A stretch of DNA of 64,000 nt from a virus: positions 1-64,000 of the IMG/VR virus record IMGVR_UViG_3300027754_000003; one strand, given 5' to 3'. Both the position numbers and the translations under genes were made by a program. Positions within the stretch are counted from its first letter, which is position 1, and each line of letters begins with the position of its first letter. The notes under the pieces were generated by a model. The model had not been told where the DNA came from. It searched no databases and saw only the letters and a list, made by a program, of their open reading frames with translations. Positions 61,395-64,000 of the stretch are shown one piece after another.

Positions 61395-62855
61395 TTAGGA
61401 ATCTATGTCTTTGATTATAGTCACGTTTGAGTTGGGTATGTGCGTAGAAATGTTTCTTGTGAAAACAACAAGGGTTCCAGGGGCTCCAGGGTTTCCACTA
61501 GCGCCAGGGTTTCCAGGGTTTCCAGAGTTTGCTGTCCCACCAGTACCACCTGGGTAGGTAGGGTTGTGATTTGCTACGGTTCCTGGGGTATGACCAGTGA
61601 CGTTGTGGGTATTGGCGTTATGACCACTGACATTGTGGGTATTAGCGTTATGATTAGCGACATCGTGGTGATTAGCGTTATGACCACTGACGTGGAAGTG
61701 GTTTGCATGGTGTCCATCTTGTGCAGCAACATGTTTTGTGTGTGAGTGACCTTTATGCGTTGGGTGACCAGCGTTATGCGCTGCGTTTCCTGCAGTATGG
61801 GCTGCTGGTCTATGGTGCGCTGGGTTATGGGTTTTTGGGGGAGTTGCACGAATAACGGTTGAAGCGTTATGAAGCGCTCCAAGGAAATGACTAGGGTTAT
61901 GGTATGGGTTTCCAGGAACTGTATGTGGGTGTTGGTGGTTTGGGTTTGAATATGGATGATTTGAAGCAGCAATATGCCACGCAATTGCTCCGCCTTCTGC
62001 ATGATTTGCATAAGCCCCACTACCAGAATCATGGTGGTTTGCAGTAGCCCCACTACCAGAATCTGAATGGTTTGCAGTAGCCCCAGTACCAGCATCCGTA
62101 TGGTTTGCAGTCGCTGGGTTTAAGTTTGCAGTACCAGCAACTGTTGTTCCAGCATTTCCTGCTACTCCAGCATTTCCAGAAGTGCCAGAAGTACCCGATG
62201 CTCCAGTAGTTCCCTCGCTCACAAAAGTTCCACTCCCAGTAATGTTGTTTGCAACAATAACCACTGAACCACCTGCTTGACCAAACGACCCACCAGTTCC
62301 CTTTAATCCCTTTGTCCCAGCAGTTCCAGCGTTTCCAGCAGTTGCGCCGCCTGCTGGTGAAGGAGCCGCTCCGCCTGGATTTGCAGTTCCGTCTGCTCCG
62401 TCTGCTCCGTCAGAACCAGCAGTTCCTTTTGTTCCAGGATACCAACGCTTAACTTGCAACCCAGTTTGACGTACTCCATAAATAAGTGAGTCGTAATCAT
62501 CAATAGAAGCAATAGATGCAATGCTTCCGTCAATAGCATCGGCAGAATTGTATCCAGCAGTCCCGTCATCACGAGTCATCACGCTTCCAGCAAGAACAGA
62601 CGTTGTCTGCGAGGTTCCGCTTGGCATACCTACTGTGCCACTGTTAGCAAGCGTTCCTTTTACAAATATCTTAAATCCGTTTGTGAATAACGTAATTCCG
62701 CTATTTACAGTCAGGTTGTTGTAGTACATATCTCTAGAAATAGTTTGATTAGTAGATATGACAACATTACCGTCAGCACCGTTTCCAAATAATTTTAACG
62801 CTCTGTCGTTTTGAGCAGTCTTGTTTGAAGGTTTGTTGAGTCTAATTTTTTTCAT
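61395..62855 (-). CDS. Gly-rich virion fibre protein with a His/Asn-rich repeat insert
   Basis: FG.G.DG...YNNLT...TNG.KIFV scaffold, G-X-X runs, about 36 His in a roughly 185-aa insert. Confidence 0.7.
   Translation of the reverse strand: MKKIRLNKPSNKTAQNDRALKLFGNGADGNVVISTNQTISRDMYYNNLTVNSGITLFTNGFKIFVKGTLANSGTVGMPSGTSQTTSVLAGSVMTRDDGTAGYNSADAIDGSIASIASIDDYDSLIYGVRQTGLQVKRWYPGTKGTAGSDGADGADGTANPGGAAPSPAGGATAGNAGTAGTKGLKGTGGSFGQAGGSVVIVANNITGSGTFVSEGTTGASGTSGTSGNAGVAGNAGTTVAGTANLNPATANHTDAGTGATANHSDSGSGATANHHDSGSGAYANHAEGGAIAWHIAASNHPYSNPNHQHPHTVPGNPYHNPSHFLGALHNASTVIRATPPKTHNPAHHRPAAHTAGNAAHNAGHPTHKGHSHTKHVAAQDGHHANHFHVSGHNANHHDVANHNANTHNVSGHNANTHNVTGHTPGTVANHNPTYPGGTGGTANSGNPGNPGASGNPGAPGTLVVFTRNISTHIPNSNVTIIKDIDS
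61591..61710. repeat. 4 x 30-bp coding tandem repeat (HNANxHx-VxG)
   Basis: tgaccactgacattgtgggtattagcgtta-like units starting at 61591, 61621, 61651 and 61681. Confidence 0.9.
61996..62114. repeat. about 4 x 33-bp coding tandem repeat (ATANHxD-SGSG)
   Basis: tggtttgcagtagccccactaccagaatc-like units at a 33-bp period. Confidence 0.9.
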
Positions 62856-63589
62856 TATCCAACCTGCATGTAATAGACAGTTCCACTAGCACAGCCAGTA
62901 CCCCCAGTTACGTCTGTTGATACTGCTGCATTTAAACTTGAATCAGAAGAGATAATTAAGACTACACCACCGCCACCGCCACCTGCTCCTGGAGTTCCAG
63001 GGGCAGAAATGTAAGCAGTGCCTGAAGTTACTGTAATGTACCTAGCAACGACCATAACAACGCCACCACCTGCGCCAGCAGTTCCACCAGCGCCACCACG
63101 AAGAAATGTCGGGGTTGGACTAGCGGCAGATACCGCCCATCCTTTAACTGCTTGGAGTGGTTGTTGGTAATAGATAGAACTACCAAGGGCTGCTGTTGGG
63201 GCAGTGGCGGTTTGTGAGGCACTAGCACCACCAAGACTGTGAGTAACTGATGCCGATGTACCCCCACCTTGTCCTAACGTGCCAGCAGTAGAATAACCAG
63301 TCGTATAACCGATTCTTGCTCCAGGACCAAGTGTTAGGACATTACGAACAAACAACCTATAGCCGTTTGTTGACACGGTAATACCACCAGCAATAGTTAG
63401 GTTTGTATAAAACTTGTCCTCAGTCAAAGAAGTGTTAGCGGAAATTGTTGCATCACCGTCTGAGCCAGAACTGTAAATAGGGTCAGGAACATTAATGTAA
63501 TCAACTACATCAGTCCATGTACTTGAGATTGTAGATGTACTTTCCGCAGTTGATATTGTCGTTCCATTTAAGCGAACGAACGATGCCAT
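62855..63589 (-). CDS. Gly-rich virion fibre protein (paralog of 61395..62855 without the insert)
   Basis: Y.SGSDGD.TI...YTNLTI...TNGYRLFV; GGAGG...GGGVV.V.AR.I; G.GGGGGVV. Confidence 0.7.
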   Translation of the reverse strand: MASFVRLNGTTISTAESTSTISSTWTDVVDYINVPDPIYSSGSDGDATISANTSLTEDKFYTNLTIAGGITVSTNGYRLFVRNVLTLGPGARIGYTTGYSTAGTLGQGGGTSASVTHSLGGASASQTATAPTAALGSSIYYQQPLQAVKGWAVSAASPTPTFLRGGAGGTAGAGGGVVMVVARYITVTSGTAYISAPGTPGAGGGGGGVVLIISSDSSLNAAVSTDVTGGTGCASGTVYYMQVG

Positions 63590-63951
63590 TACGACTCCTC
63601 AATACCAGTAAGGATAATATTTACTGCTGAGTTAGTACTTGCCGAACCAATGATTTGGTCGCTATTTGTAGCGTTTGCAGTGCTTCCGTTGTTGTTTAAC
63701 ACCAAAGATGTTGAAATGGTTACAGTTTCGTTTGCTGCTAAAGAAAGAACATTTAAGAAGTTTTGTGACGAAGCCTGAGCCACGTTGAGGGGTTTTAGCA
63801 CCAAAGTAACTGTTACAGCACTACCAGTGGTGTTACATAGCAAGATTTGCTTGATGATTGTGGTAGTACTGATTGGCGTGGTGTACAGCACCGTTGATGT
63901 TGTCGTAGTCAACTGGGTTGGCCCAGAAAGACGTTTTTGGGTGACTGGCAT
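63589..63951 (-). CDS. small beta-sandwich virion connector protein
   Basis: KRL.GP.QL.....LYT......I.QI.LCNT...VN...TG.E. Confidence 0.65.
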   Translation of the reverse strand: MPVTQKRLSGPTQLTTTTSTVLYTTPISTTTIIKQILLCNTTGSAVTVTLVLKPLNVAQASSQNFLNVLSLAANETVTISTSLVLNNNGSTANATNSDQIIGSASTNSAVNIILTGIEES

Positions 63952-64000
63952 TACATAACCTCCATATAGAATCTTATTAAGTTATCACGAACTACATTAC
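63951..64000 (-). CDS. 3' end of an upstream structural gene (partial)
   Basis: Open frame ...NVVRDNLIRFYMEVM*, TAATG-coupled to the next gene. Confidence 0.55.
   Translation of the reverse strand, partial: NVVRDNLIRFYMEVM

Noticed and set aside
61574-62095. 173-aa alternative-frame ORF over the His insert
   Set aside because: Explained by repeat periodicity in multiples of three; no RBS or independent signal.
52665-63951. Diversity-generating retroelement behind the variable fibre inserts
   Set aside because: No reverse transcriptase and no template/variable repeat pair were seen in the window.
1-64000. tRNA/rRNA genes, integrase or transposase
   Set aside because: Intergenic gaps are short and none showed a cloverleaf; no recombinase or transposase motifs were recognised.

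Overview
A 64 kb segment of a large lytic-looking myovirus. All but one of the credible genes lie on the minus strand, and many are translationally coupled. Gene content and order resemble Bxz1/cluster C-type actinophages. SpoVS, the leaderless TANNNT promoters and the lysis and surface genes suggest an aquatic actinobacterial host, which is an inference. In transcription order (right to left) the window holds: (1) two fibre/appendage cassettes flanking a nine-gene tailoring-type cluster of 2OG-Fe(II) oxygenases, a flavin-dependent halogenase, a JmjC cupin and Cys-cluster proteins; (2) a mucin-like membrane-anchored protein followed by GT4, GT2, methyltransferase and epimerase genes; (3) terminase, lysis cassette, metallophosphoesterase and an HslV-like protease; (4) portal, scaffold, N4-gp56-type capsid, neck, contractile tail and baseplate; (5) a replication/recombination module with an initiator containing internal iterons, DnaC, DnaB, primase, SNF2 helicase, SSB, family A polymerase, RecA, Cas4-like nuclease and resolvases; (6) SpoVS and a run of Lys-rich disordered proteins. 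The best novelty candidates are a putative virion-fibre post-translational tailoring system acting on a His-rich out-and-back insert and a Cys/Tyr-rich insert, and a roughly 120-nt plus-strand three-hairpin RNA whose loops mimic the 16S anti-Shine-Dalgarno sequence. Family assignments come from motif recognition by eye; no database searches were run.
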